A DNA stretch of 64,000 bases from Planctomycetota bacterium (GTDB taxonomy: Bacteria > Planctomycetota > UBA8108 > SXIK01). Below the pieces are notes generated by a model that was not told where the DNA came from, did no database searches, and saw only the letters and a program-made list of their open reading frames with translations. Position 1 is the stretch's first letter. Each line of letters starts with the position of its first letter. Positions 18,301 through 27,200 of this stretch are shown here, piece by piece. The stretch is from NCBI GenBank assembly GCA_965223845.1, contig CBDCXR010000004.1:6912001-6976000 (forward strand). Reading direction: 5' to 3'. Position numbers and translations under genes: made by a program.

Positions 18301-18774
18301 GAGCCTGAGCCCGATCCGGACGGAGATTTGCTTCTGCGTCGGTGGCGATCCGACAAGTTCGGTCGCTTCGATCTCTCCGCTCGCTCGCTACCGGTCGAGT
18401 TGGTCGTTCGCAGCGAGGAGCACGTTCCGTATCGTCGAACGATCGAGTCCGGAGATCGAGAGACCACCGAGGATCTCCGGGTCGAGCTTCGGGCGGGACT
18501 GTCGCTGTCCGGTCGACTCCTAGATGCCGGCGGCGTGCCGCTAGCGCGAGAGCACTGTTATCTGACGCCGCGAAACGGCACGGCGCCCGACGATTCTCGT
18601 CGGGTCGATACCGAAGGTGACGGGAGCTTTCGATTCGCTGGGCTTCTCCCGGGAGAATACCGTTTCTCTACGCGGCTGTCGTTTCCGGAGAACCCTCACA
18701 CGGCCCGTAGCACCTTCGAATTCTCACTATCTGAAAGTCGAGACGACGTCGAGATCCGCCTGCCGAAGAGATGA
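15343..18774 (+). CDS. Large lipoprotein with tandem carboxypeptidase-regulatory-like repeats, paralog 2
   Basis: GGAGA SD precedes ATG 15343 and there is a lipobox ALAA-C. It has the same repeat pattern as 11648-15277 and is colinear with it (e.g. LFDGAAFRGDLEATTDAEGRF vs LFDGSALRGPLETRTDATGRF). Confidence 0.8.
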   Translation: MSSAEDSMSRAVSCAAVAAFALAACSMTESVVAPEPLVEPVNESSRPGGTIVHGRIEGEGAGLAGIEVLLVPTSYQRDLLRILDSAQGLRSSTHEPEIEDTLRAIQDLVDRTRASAPRTTTGADGRFRFGGVAPGTYRALAFGAGWRLDFGAPVFADRAKSFELRIALIRAERISGQVISVDGSPAANVSVRARVFYVGSFGFSLEASLRELFDGSALRGPLETRTDATGRFEFDALSPGRWSVRASSADQSVARVHEIDAGSEGLVLELQAPGEIFGTLEDDLGSPIADASLALEPERYQITLGRFLGIYGGGDWRRRAREGLTLTGARLATDEQGRFRFGSVAPGDYRLTIRTPFARTIEERFQVGPGEVVDFGVLRAARGDSIRGRVESPDGTPIANARLTASLEGSMAEYFKTSRLDRRRSTNTRDDGTFAVHGIVPGEHSVRVFAASWEPRNVRVKSGESATNITLEPGKTIAGTVLDAETGVPIPGATIAGGGVSATADESGRFRLVGFVAEHIDNVLFAAQLASPTDDGAFVWDDDTTTAFLEARAEGFGPSIVEVPDFDRVRDVAIRLKEVSVVRGRVFSPSGEPLRAATVQLALSSDPIEEGFGAVTVGVRLGRTDEQGVFEFTGAGLFDREYVAYADHPQFGDVRSERSSLRRGELPELELRLPGLEDLRGIVRTGDRTVAGAKIVLRRPHGRERTVRSDSEGRFAFEDVPIGAHRIQALATGLGESRARGILIEEGRENAVELELDEGRDLHVEVVDSSGKPVEGASVRLYREESARKSRWDRVRSRIANGTPWRARTTGRDGACRFAQLPPVLFTVLVSRAGYSAWCVSGQRASETLVRIRIDKLARIAGRFVSKATGQPIRSFFVLGAHRELFDNKGAHDLARFSVGIDGVAADGRFAAAELMPGPYDFWFVPRGFVGRRMRVDLEPGEERVFDLELDPAAVVRGVIVDADTGRPVPEVEVELRVEGDEEGEPEPEPDPDGDLLLRRWRSDKFGRFDLSARSLPVELVVRSEEHVPYRRTIESGDRETTEDLRVELRAGLSLSGRLLDAGGVPLAREHCYLTPRNGTAPDDSRRVDTEGDGSFRFAGLLPGEYRFSTRLSFPENPHTARSTFEFSLSESRDDVEIRLPKR

Positions 18775-18806
18775 CGCACCATCCTTCGGCCAGACGCGAC
18801 GAGACC

Positions 18807-18840
18807 CACACTTGTGCCGAAAGTGTGTGGCGCGTACACT
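18807..18840 (+). promoter_or_regulatory. Sigma70-type promoter with overlapping inverted-repeat operator
   Basis: TTGTGC (18812-17), 17 bp spacer, TACACT (18835-40), directly upstream of the riboswitch P1. The inverted repeat CACACTT (18807-13)/AAGTGTG (18821-27) straddles the -35. Confidence 0.65.
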
Positions 18841-18854
18841 CCTCCCCAATTGGA

Positions 18855-19146
18855 GCTCAGGTGTCCCCCCGAGCCAGCAACTCGGTGGGACGGCAAGAGG
18901 GAAGCCGGTGTACGAGGCTTCGATACGCGGCCGCCGCTGTGAGCGGTGATCGCGAGCCGAAGCGTCCGAGTCCGGCGCGGGCCCCGCCACTGTGACTGGG
19001 GACTGCTTCTCCTCCCGGCGCGACAACGCGCGCCGGTACGCGAACGCCACTGAGGTTTGCGATCGCCCGCATGCGCGGACGGTTGGTTCCTTGGGAAGGC
19101 GCGAGGAGAGGCGGGACGATCCAGGAGCCAGGAGACCTGCCTGAGC
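18855..19146 (+). ncRNA. Cobalamin (AdoCbl, class I-type) riboswitch
   Basis: P1 GCTCAGG (18855-61)/CCTGAGC (19140-46). Conserved blocks AAGAGGGAAGCCGGTG, AGTCCGGC, CCCCGCCACTGTGA, GCCACTG, GGGAAGGC and the B12-box GAGCCAGGAGACCTGCC occur in the canonical order. Confidence 0.92.
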
Positions 19147-19365
19147 GGTTTCTTCCGAGAAGCGTCTTCGGACGCAGAACGGAGCCTTCGGGGACGGAGG
19201 CGAAACGAGACGCGGAAGCACACGCGAGAGCGCGTGGCGTCGCCGCGACTCTCTCGCTCTCGTCGTCGATGCGAGGCTGGTAGCGGACGATCCATCGCCG
19301 CCCCGACTTCGATCCGTCCTGCGTTCGAGGCGCGGTCCCCTTTGCGGTGAGAAAGGGAGTTCTCT

Positions 19366-20673
19366 ATGTCTCGTTCGTTTCCCGCCAGCCCCGAGTCCGC
19401 CTCTCGGACCCGTTCCCGTTCTCGTTCCCGACAAACCTCTTCTCTTCCTTCTCTGCTTGCTCTCCCTCCATCGCCCCAGCTCCAACGCATTCTCACCCTC
19501 GCCGCCTTCTTTTTCTGCGGAACCTCCACCTCCCGCGCCACCGAGCCCGTCGTCGTCTCACCCGACTGCTTCGTTGCCCGCGACGTCACGACCTTTGCCG
19601 CGAGCGCCGGGGGCGCTCAAGGGATGGCAATCTCACCGGACGGCGAGCTCATCGCTCACGAGAGCGGATCCGTTCGCGAGATTCGGACGGATCGGGAGCT
19701 CTTTCGATTTAGCGAAGACACCTTCGGCTCGTTCGTCGTCGTCCATCCGGACCACGAGCGCATCTTCGTCGGGGAGAGCTCGCGCGGAACGATCCGCTCC
19801 GTTCCGATCGCCGGCGGCGACGCGACACTCGTCGACTCGATCGTCTTCAATTACGACCTCGCCTTCGACGAGGATGGAAACGGTTACGTCTCCGCGCCGG
19901 ACCCCGAGTTCGTCTTCAATCAGGTCTATCTCGTCGACGGCGATCCTTCGACACCGAGCCCCGCGATCGTGATCGGCATCCCGGGCTTCTCGGGGCCACT
20001 AGCGATGCACGATGGATTTCTTTACTACGGAACGGCGCGAGGCGACGGCGGTGCGGAAGCGCTCGCGCGGTTTTCCCCCGCGCAGCTCGCCGCGGCGCGG
20101 GGCGGAACTCCGATCGCTTACGTCGATGGCCAAGAGATCTTCGCCGAGGCTTCCGGGTTCAATTCCTTCGCGTTCGTCGGCGGCACCCTCTACTACTCCG
20201 ACCTCGGTTTCAACGCGACACCGTCGATCGGACGGATCTGGTCGCTCGACGTCACGAAGAGCGATGCGCCGAGCGCGTTCGTCGACTTTCCGATCGCGGG
20301 CGGAGTGCTCTCCCCGACGTACCTCGCGTTTCGCCCGGGAACGCACGACTTCGCCGGTGGCGTCGGGCCGGACGGCGGCAGTCTCTTCGTCGCGTACTCA
20401 GACTTTGCGTCCGTCGCCGCGGTCGCGGCGATTCGCCCGGGCGAAATGTTCGTCCGCGGTGAGACGAACGGCGACGGGTCCGTCGACATCGCCGATGCTC
20501 TCACCGTGCTCAACTTCCTCTTCGCCGACGGCGCGGAGCCGAGTCCGCGCATCGCTGCGGACATCAACGGAGACGATCGACTCGATATCTCCGACGCGAT
20601 CTATCTGCTCGAGTTTCTCTTCGGCGACGGGCCCGACGTCCCGGAGCCGCACTCGGCACCGGGCTGCGGATAG
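19366..20673 (+). CDS. Secreted beta-propeller-like protein with C-terminal dockerin-like double EF-hand tag, cobalamin-riboswitch controlled
   Basis: GAAAGGGAG SD and a hydrophobic leader ILTLAAFFFCG. Propeller-like blades (GMAISPDG, DLAFDEDGNGYV, PLAMHDGFLYY, SFAFVGGTLYY) are followed by FVRGETNGDGSVDIADAL...AADINGDDRLDISDAIYLL. Confidence 0.75.
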   Translation: MSRSFPASPESASRTRSRSRSRQTSSLPSLLALPPSPQLQRILTLAAFFFCGTSTSRATEPVVVSPDCFVARDVTTFAASAGGAQGMAISPDGELIAHESGSVREIRTDRELFRFSEDTFGSFVVVHPDHERIFVGESSRGTIRSVPIAGGDATLVDSIVFNYDLAFDEDGNGYVSAPDPEFVFNQVYLVDGDPSTPSPAIVIGIPGFSGPLAMHDGFLYYGTARGDGGAEALARFSPAQLAAARGGTPIAYVDGQEIFAEASGFNSFAFVGGTLYYSDLGFNATPSIGRIWSLDVTKSDAPSAFVDFPIAGGVLSPTYLAFRPGTHDFAGGVGPDGGSLFVAYSDFASVAAVAAIRPGEMFVRGETNGDGSVDIADALTVLNFLFADGAEPSPRIAADINGDDRLDISDAIYLLEFLFGDGPDVPEPHSAPGCG

Positions 20674-20792
20674 TTTCGCTAGGGAAATCTTTTCTCCGCG
20701 AGCGTCTCAGGTCTCGTCCGCGCGCGTTCCGCCGAGCGCGGACGAGTCCTTTTTCCTTGCTCGCTTTTCCTCGCTCCAAGAGACTCGGCGGC

Positions 20793-23360
20793 ATGACGCC
20801 TGGTGACGATCGAGATCGAGTCAGCCGAAGGGGCGACGGAGCGGACGAACCGGCCGGATCCGGCGCCGAGACCGAGATCACGGACGGTCGGGACGCGATC
20901 GATGCGGACGCTTCGGAAGCTCGCGCCGAGTTCGTGCCGTCGACATCCCCCTCGGACTGCACGGTGATCTCACGCCTCCGCGACGTTCTCGGTTATGAGC
21001 CCGCGATCGATCTTCGCACTCTTTCCTCCGAGCACGACGTCTCGGTCGGCGCCGAGGGGACGCAAGGGAAGTACGTGATCGAGCGCGTGATCGGCGAGGG
21101 CGGCATGGGAAAGGTCTACCTCGCCGTCGATCGCGATCTTCGTCGTCCCGTCGCTCTCAAGGTCATCAAGGATCACCTCGCCCGCGATTCCGATCACCTC
21201 GCTCGGTTCGTCGAAGAAGCGCAGGTCACGGGGCAGCTCGAGCATCCGGGGATTCCCCCGGTGCACGAGATCGCGATGAATCAGAACGGCGAGGTGTTCT
21301 TCACGCTGAAGCTGCTTCGGGGACGCACGCTCAAGGAGGTGATTCACGACGTTCACGTCGGCCGGCGGGAAACGCGCGAACGGTTCACGCGAAAGCGCCT
21401 TCTTCAGGTGGTCGTTGCGGTCGCGAACGCGGTTCACTTCGCGCACGAGAAGGGCGTCGTCCACCGCGACATCAAGCCGGCGAACATCATGATCGGCGAC
21501 TTCGGCGAAGTTCAGCTCATGGACTGGGGACTCGCGAAGGTGATCGGCGAACGCCGGGAGGAAGTGGTCGTCGAGCCCGTCGAGACGGTTCGCTCCGAGC
21601 AGCAGATGTCGACCCTCCACGGGCAGGTGCGGGGGACGCTCCAATACATGGCTCCCGAGCAGGCACAGGGGCGCGTCGAGTTCATCGACCGGCGGAGCGA
21701 CGTCTACTCGCTCGGCGCGACGCTCTACGAAGTGCTCACCATGCTTCCGCCGAAGACGGGTGGTTCGCTCGAGGAGATTCTCGAGGAGTCGCGCCTCGGT
21801 CTCGTGATTCCGCCGACGGTTCGCGCGCCGAAGCAGCGGATACCGTCCGAGCTCGAAGAGATCTGCGTGCGCGCGCTCGAATACCATCCGGACGATCGCT
21901 ACGAGACCGCGCTAGAGTTCGCCGAGTCGATCCAGGTTTACCTCGACGGGACGCTCGAAGAGGAGCGCCGCCGCGCCGAGTCGGAGCGGCTCCTCAAAGA
22001 GGCGCTCCAGGTTCTCCGCGAGCACGAGATCGAGAAGGGGCGACAGCAAAAGGCGGCGGCGAGGCTCGAAGATCTCGAGCGCACCTCGGGGCACTACCCG
22101 TCGCCCGAGACGAAGCGCGAGCTTCTTCGCGCGCGTGGCGAACTCGACGAGGCGGAGCTCTCCGTCGCTCGGCTCGGGGCGCGCGCTCAGTCGCTTCTCT
22201 CGGCGTCGCTCACCGCGCACGCAGAGAACGCGCGCGCCCGACGCACGCTCGGCGACCTCTACCTCGAGCGATTCCTGCGCGCCGAACGCGAGCGAAACCA
22301 AACGGACATGATCTTCTATCAGGGCCTCATCGAGCAGGTGAACGACGGGAGCTTCGATCGCGTCCTCAAGGGCGACGGCGCGCTCGTGCTCGCGTCGGAG
22401 CCGCGGAACGCGCGGCTCGTCCTCAGGCCCGTCGAGGAGCGCGACGGTCGATTGCTTCCCGGAGACGCCATCGCGGAGGCGACCGATCGCCTCGAGCTCC
22501 CCGATCTCGCGATGGGAAGCTACTGCGTCGAGCTAACCGCCGATAATCGCTGTCCCACACTCTATCCGGTCTTCGTCGAGCGAAATCAAACGACGCGCGA
22601 CCGCATCGAGCTCCACACGCGGGATCGTGTGCCGGAGCGCTTCGTCTACATCCCGCGCGGAAGCTTCATCATGTACGGCGATCCGAACGTCGTCTCGACG
22701 TTTCAGAGTCGAGCGCGCGTTCAGGTCGAAGGCTTCGCGATCGGACGCTATCCCGTAACTTGCGGAGAGTACCTCGAGTTCTTGAGCGATCTTCACCGGC
22801 GCGATCCGGACGAAGCCGAGCGGCGGGCCCCCCGCGAGTCCGAGGCGGCGGGGATCTTCTGGTCCGCCGGCGCCGATGGCTACTCCCTCCCGGAGGCGGA
22901 CCGTTACCCCTGGTCGACCGAGCTTCCGATCTTCGGCGTATCGTTCGCCGATGCCCTCGCTTACTGCGCGTACATCGGCGCGCGCGACGGTCGAACTTAC
23001 GATCTACCGACCGAGGCCGAGTGGGAAAAGGCCGCGAAGGGCGTCGACGGCCGGTACTACAGTTGGGGAAACGTGTTCGACAACGAGTTCGCTAACAACC
23101 TTTACGCACGCGAGCACGAGCACGGGGTGCAGCCCGTCGACAGCTACCCCGCAGACTGTTCGCCCTACGGTGTGCGTGGTATGGTGGGGAACGTCGCCGA
23201 TTGGTGTTACTTCGAGGGGGCGGAGCCGACCGACATGGTCGCGGTGCGCGGCGGCAACTGGGCGCTCACGGGCGACCCGTGTCGACTCTCCGTTCGCCGG
23301 AGCACGACGGATCGGTACGTGTCCGATCGCATCGGTTTCCGCGTGAAGCTCGTTTTGTAG
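20793..23360 (+). CDS. Hanks-type Ser/Thr kinase fused to a formylglycine-generating enzyme (SUMF1/FGE-sulfatase) domain
   Basis: Kinase motifs IGEGGMGKVY, VALK, HRDIKPAN, DWGLAK, GTLQYMAPEQ and DVYSLG. FGE motifs LPTEAEWEKAAKG, SPYGVRGMVGNVADW, RGGNW and IGFRV. No TM segment is visible. Confidence 0.9.
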   Translation: MTPGDDRDRVSRRGDGADEPAGSGAETEITDGRDAIDADASEARAEFVPSTSPSDCTVISRLRDVLGYEPAIDLRTLSSEHDVSVGAEGTQGKYVIERVIGEGGMGKVYLAVDRDLRRPVALKVIKDHLARDSDHLARFVEEAQVTGQLEHPGIPPVHEIAMNQNGEVFFTLKLLRGRTLKEVIHDVHVGRRETRERFTRKRLLQVVVAVANAVHFAHEKGVVHRDIKPANIMIGDFGEVQLMDWGLAKVIGERREEVVVEPVETVRSEQQMSTLHGQVRGTLQYMAPEQAQGRVEFIDRRSDVYSLGATLYEVLTMLPPKTGGSLEEILEESRLGLVIPPTVRAPKQRIPSELEEICVRALEYHPDDRYETALEFAESIQVYLDGTLEEERRRAESERLLKEALQVLREHEIEKGRQQKAAARLEDLERTSGHYPSPETKRELLRARGELDEAELSVARLGARAQSLLSASLTAHAENARARRTLGDLYLERFLRAERERNQTDMIFYQGLIEQVNDGSFDRVLKGDGALVLASEPRNARLVLRPVEERDGRLLPGDAIAEATDRLELPDLAMGSYCVELTADNRCPTLYPVFVERNQTTRDRIELHTRDRVPERFVYIPRGSFIMYGDPNVVSTFQSRARVQVEGFAIGRYPVTCGEYLEFLSDLHRRDPDEAERRAPRESEAAGIFWSAGADGYSLPEADRYPWSTELPIFGVSFADALAYCAYIGARDGRTYDLPTEAEWEKAAKGVDGRYYSWGNVFDNEFANNLYAREHEHGVQPVDSYPADCSPYGVRGMVGNVADWCYFEGAEPTDMVAVRGGNWALTGDPCRLSVRRSTTDRYVSDRIGFRVKLVL

Positions 23361-23406
23361 GCGCGCGACGGAATCGAATCCGGAGCGGGTTGGAAGCGGT
23401 GGTGGA

Positions 23407-24009
23407 ATGGACAAGACCGGGCGGATCACCGTCGAGATCATCGAGCGCATCCGGACGGAGGGAGAGTCCGGAATCGACGAGTTCGTCCGGCACTACGGTC
23501 CGCGGCTGCTCGTCTTCGTGCGCTACAAGCTCGGCGCAAAACTCGCGAAGAAGGTCGATCCGGAGGACGTCCTCCAAGACTTCTTCAGCACGCTCGTCGC
23601 AAACCCCGAGAGCTTCATCGAGAAGGTCGACGCGCGAGGGGTTCACCGCGCGGTGTTCCGCATGATCGAGAACCGCATCAAGGATCTCTACGAGCACTTC
23701 TACCGAACGGCGAAGCGGGATGCGGGTCGCGAGATCCGCGAGGGGACCGGGAGCGCACGGTTCTCGTTCTCCCAGGTCGGGGGATCGGCGTCGTTCAGCC
23801 GTCGCATCTCGAACCTCGACGAGTACCGGAGCCTCAGTCGACTCGTCGACCAGCTCGACGAGGAATCGCGGCAGCTCTTCGTGCTCAAGTTCGTCGAGGA
23901 GCTGACGAACCAGGAAATCGCGGACGAGCTCGGAGTCTCGCTGAGTACGGTGAAGCGGTCGAATGCCGACCTCGTACGGGCGATCCAGCGTGTTCGGCGG
24001 GGGGCGTAG
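23407..24009 (+). CDS. ECF sigma-70 factor (planctomycete-type)
   Basis: Region 2 (YGPRLLVFVRYKL...VDPEDVLQD) and region 4 HTH (LTNQEIADELGVSLSTVKR). Confidence 0.88.
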   Translation: MDKTGRITVEIIERIRTEGESGIDEFVRHYGPRLLVFVRYKLGAKLAKKVDPEDVLQDFFSTLVANPESFIEKVDARGVHRAVFRMIENRIKDLYEHFYRTAKRDAGREIREGTGSARFSFSQVGGSASFSRRISNLDEYRSLSRLVDQLDEESRQLFVLKFVEELTNQEIADELGVSLSTVKRSNADLVRAIQRVRRGA

Positions 24010-24072
24010 TCTTCGCGCGGGGCGGGGGTGGGACTATTCGTGAGCCTTCTTCCGGCCTAGGGGAAGAGTTTT

Positions 24073-24250
24073 ACACGAAGAGCGCGAAGGGGACGCGAAG
24101 GAAGACGAAGGAAAGAGAAAGAGTGATCGAAAAGAAAGATAGACAGAGTTGTCTTTGGGGAGTGCGAGCGACAACTGAACAGCCCGAGAGCTTACACTTT
24201 CAATCCACTCTTCTTCGTCTTTCTTCGCGTCCCCTTCGCGCTCTTCGTGT
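24073..24250. repeat. MITE/REP-like element with 28-bp perfect terminal inverted repeats, copy 2
   Basis: ACACGAAGAGCGCGAAGGGGACGCGAAG (24073-24100) is the exact reverse complement of 24223-24250. The interior is lower in GC, and the element lies between convergent genes. Confidence 0.8.
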
Positions 24251-24257
24251 GAAGTTC

Positions 24258-27200
24258 TCACTCGAGCCCACACACCTCGTCATCCGCCGTAGGATCGACC
24301 CCGAAGCTCACGGGACTCGAAGGCGGCAGCGGCGGAGGTCCGTCCTCGAAGATGAATTCGAGGATGTACACGGAGTCCGCGATGTCGATCTCTCCCGAGT
24401 CGTCCGCGTCCGCCGCGTCGCGGCACGGCGGCTCGGTGCCGTCTCCGAAGAGGTAGAGGAGCCCGGCGATCGCGTCGGAGATGTCGAAGCTCCGATCATT
24501 GTTCACGTCCCCACGGTCGAAGCCGTAGATGTAGCCGATCGGCGCGATATCGAACCCGAGTGAGTTCTCGACTCGGACGTCGATCTCCCGCTGAGTATCG
24601 ATCTGCGGCGCGAGGACCGTGACCGTACCCGCGCCCGCGTCGAAGTCTTGAATCTCCACCTCGACATCGTCGAATCCGACCCACACGTCGGAGACCGCCG
24701 CGCCGAGGTTATCGACCGTGATCACGACGGACTGTTCTTCGTCCCACGGCCCTGAGCTCGGGTCGATCGAGGTGATGCGCGGCGCGGCGGGAAGGCCGGA
24801 GTCGACGACCACCAGTCGCTTCGCGCTGCGATCGATCACGGCGACGGAACCGCCGGGAATGTACGCGAAGTCGGCGATGTCGTCCGAGCCCAACCCGCCG
24901 AGCGGTGTCGTCGCGCCGCCGTCTCCGAAGTCCGTGTCGAGCTTTCTGATCTCAGTGATCGTCGTCGTTCCCGGAGCCCCGACGCCGACGAGCAGCGTGT
25001 TGTCGACCGGGAATCGGGCGACTCCGATCGAGTGGTCGATCAGCATGCCGAGGTTGGCGCTCAGTGACTCGTCGACGTCCGGCGCGCCGTCCTCGATGCG
25101 AAATCCGATGAGGCACTCGACACCCGGTCCGCCGAGCGCGAAGAAAAGATCGTCGCGGATCGCGAGTCCACTGTAGCCCGCGGGATCGGGCGGCTCCGGG
25201 AGATCGATGAATGGCGCGGGGTCAGCGGCGCCGAGCCGGGCAAAGATCCGCCCATCCGCGAGGAGAAGGAAGAGGCGATTCGAATCGGCCGGGTCGACCG
25301 CCAGGCCGCGAACTTGCGTCGCGGCGAACGGATCATCCGGAAGAAGCGCGGCGTCGGCGAGATCGAGGTTCCCGTCGAAGAAGAGAAGCTCGCCGCCGCT
25401 CAGCGCGACGATGATCTCGCCCGTAGCCTCGCGAAACGCGACCGCGTCGGGCGCGATATCGAGCGGCGTCTCGTCTTCGATCGCACCTTCGCCGATCGAT
25501 ACCTGGCTCTCCGATGGAAGTGAAAACGGTTCCTCGATCTCGTCTTCATCGAACTCGATCCCGCCGGCGCCGCCGTCCGTCACGCCTTGGCCGATGACGC
25601 GATAGGTGTGAGTGCCGCCGGGAACGCCGGTGTCGCGGAATCCGCTCGGATTCTCGTCGAAGGGAAAGGGGCTCCCTCGAAGCTGCCGACCGTTCCGCAG
25701 AATGTAGAGCTGCCGGAACGCGATCGGGCTCGTCCAGCGAAGCTCGATCGTATCCCCGGCTGCGCGCGCGTCGAACGCGAGAACCGGGGGAAGGCGCTCC
25801 GCCGGTGGCGGATCGAGCGGATCGAACGGCGAGAAGACGGCGTTCGTTTCGGCGCCGTTCAAGATCCCGTCGCCGTCGCTGTCGAAGCGGCGCGCACTGA
25901 CGCTCGCCGCGGGGAACCCCGAGCCGTCGCCGTGGAGCTGATCGGCCAGAACGCGCGGTACGGCGAGGCGCACATCGAGTCTCTCCGCGGCCGGATCGAT
26001 GCGCGAAATCGCCGTCCCGCCCTCGAGGAGAGCGTGGACGCGTCCGCGTCCGTCGAACATGAGGTGCCCGGTGCGGTCGAGCGATCCGCCGTGAGCACGG
26101 CGGAGAAAGCGCGCGCCGGCAGGATCGAATCCGACGATGTCATCGCCGCTGATGACGAAGCTGTTCCCCACTCCGTCGATCGCGAGCCCATCGCCGCGAA
26201 TCGCGCGTCGCCAGACGATCCCGCCGGCGCGCGACAAGCGGACGAGCTCAGCCGAGCTGCGCGCGAAGAGATCGCCGCGCGGACCGGCCGCGATCTGGTC
26301 GACTTGCTCCGCGAATTCGCCGCCGATCCGAAACGTGAAGACGTGCTGCACCGAGAGGGTGCGCGTCAGCTTGCGCAGAGCGAACGTCGTCGTGTGATCG
26401 GTACCGAACCAGAGGCTCCCGAACGGATCGAGCGCGAGCGTCGCGCGCGCCGGCGTCGTTCGCAGCTGCAGTCGGCCGTCGACACCGGTCGCCGTGACTC
26501 GCGTGACCGCGCCGTCGTGAGCGACCCACGCAACACCGCGCGAGGCGGCGAGGTGGTGGAGCGTATTTAGGGGAAACGTCGCGAGCGGAGCTCGGTCGAC
26601 GAGGGAAAGGTCGCTCGCGCGGAGGCGCTGGACGGTGCCTTGAGAAAGCGCTACCCAGAGCACGTTCGACTCCTCGACGGCGAATGCCGCTTCCGTGCCG
26701 GCGGGAATCGCGAACGAGTTGTCGGTGACGTCGCCGTCGGGTGAGAGCTGGCGGAGGGCGCTCGCGTCGGCGAAGACGATTCCGTCCATCGGAGGCTCGA
26801 TCGCGGCTGCACCCGGAACGAGATCGACCTGGAAGATCTGCCTGACTCCTCCGGTCGGACCGGCGAGGTTCTCCGCCGCCGAAGCGAGCGCGGCCGACGT
26901 TCCATCGCGATTCAGTGACGCGTCCGTCGTCGCGGCGTCGCCGATTCCTCCCGGGATCCGCGCGAGGGGAGTCGTCGTCCCGAGAACACGGTCCCGGATG
27001 TAGACGTCGAAGGCGCCGTTCGTGTCGATGGCGTCGACCGCGATGTCGGTTGCGAACGCGACGAACCGCCCGTCCGCGGAGATGTCCCGGAGCGAAATCG
27101 TCCGCGCGGCGCGAGTCGCAGAAATCTCGCCGCCGTCCGAATCGACGCTCACCCGCTCGGTCGTTCCGGCGACGAGATCACGAACGAAGACGTCACCGAT

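Noticed and set aside
18696-19589. Minus-strand ORFs across the riboswitch
   Set aside because: They have no recognisable protein features, and the region is explained by the promoter, riboswitch and leader on the plus strand.
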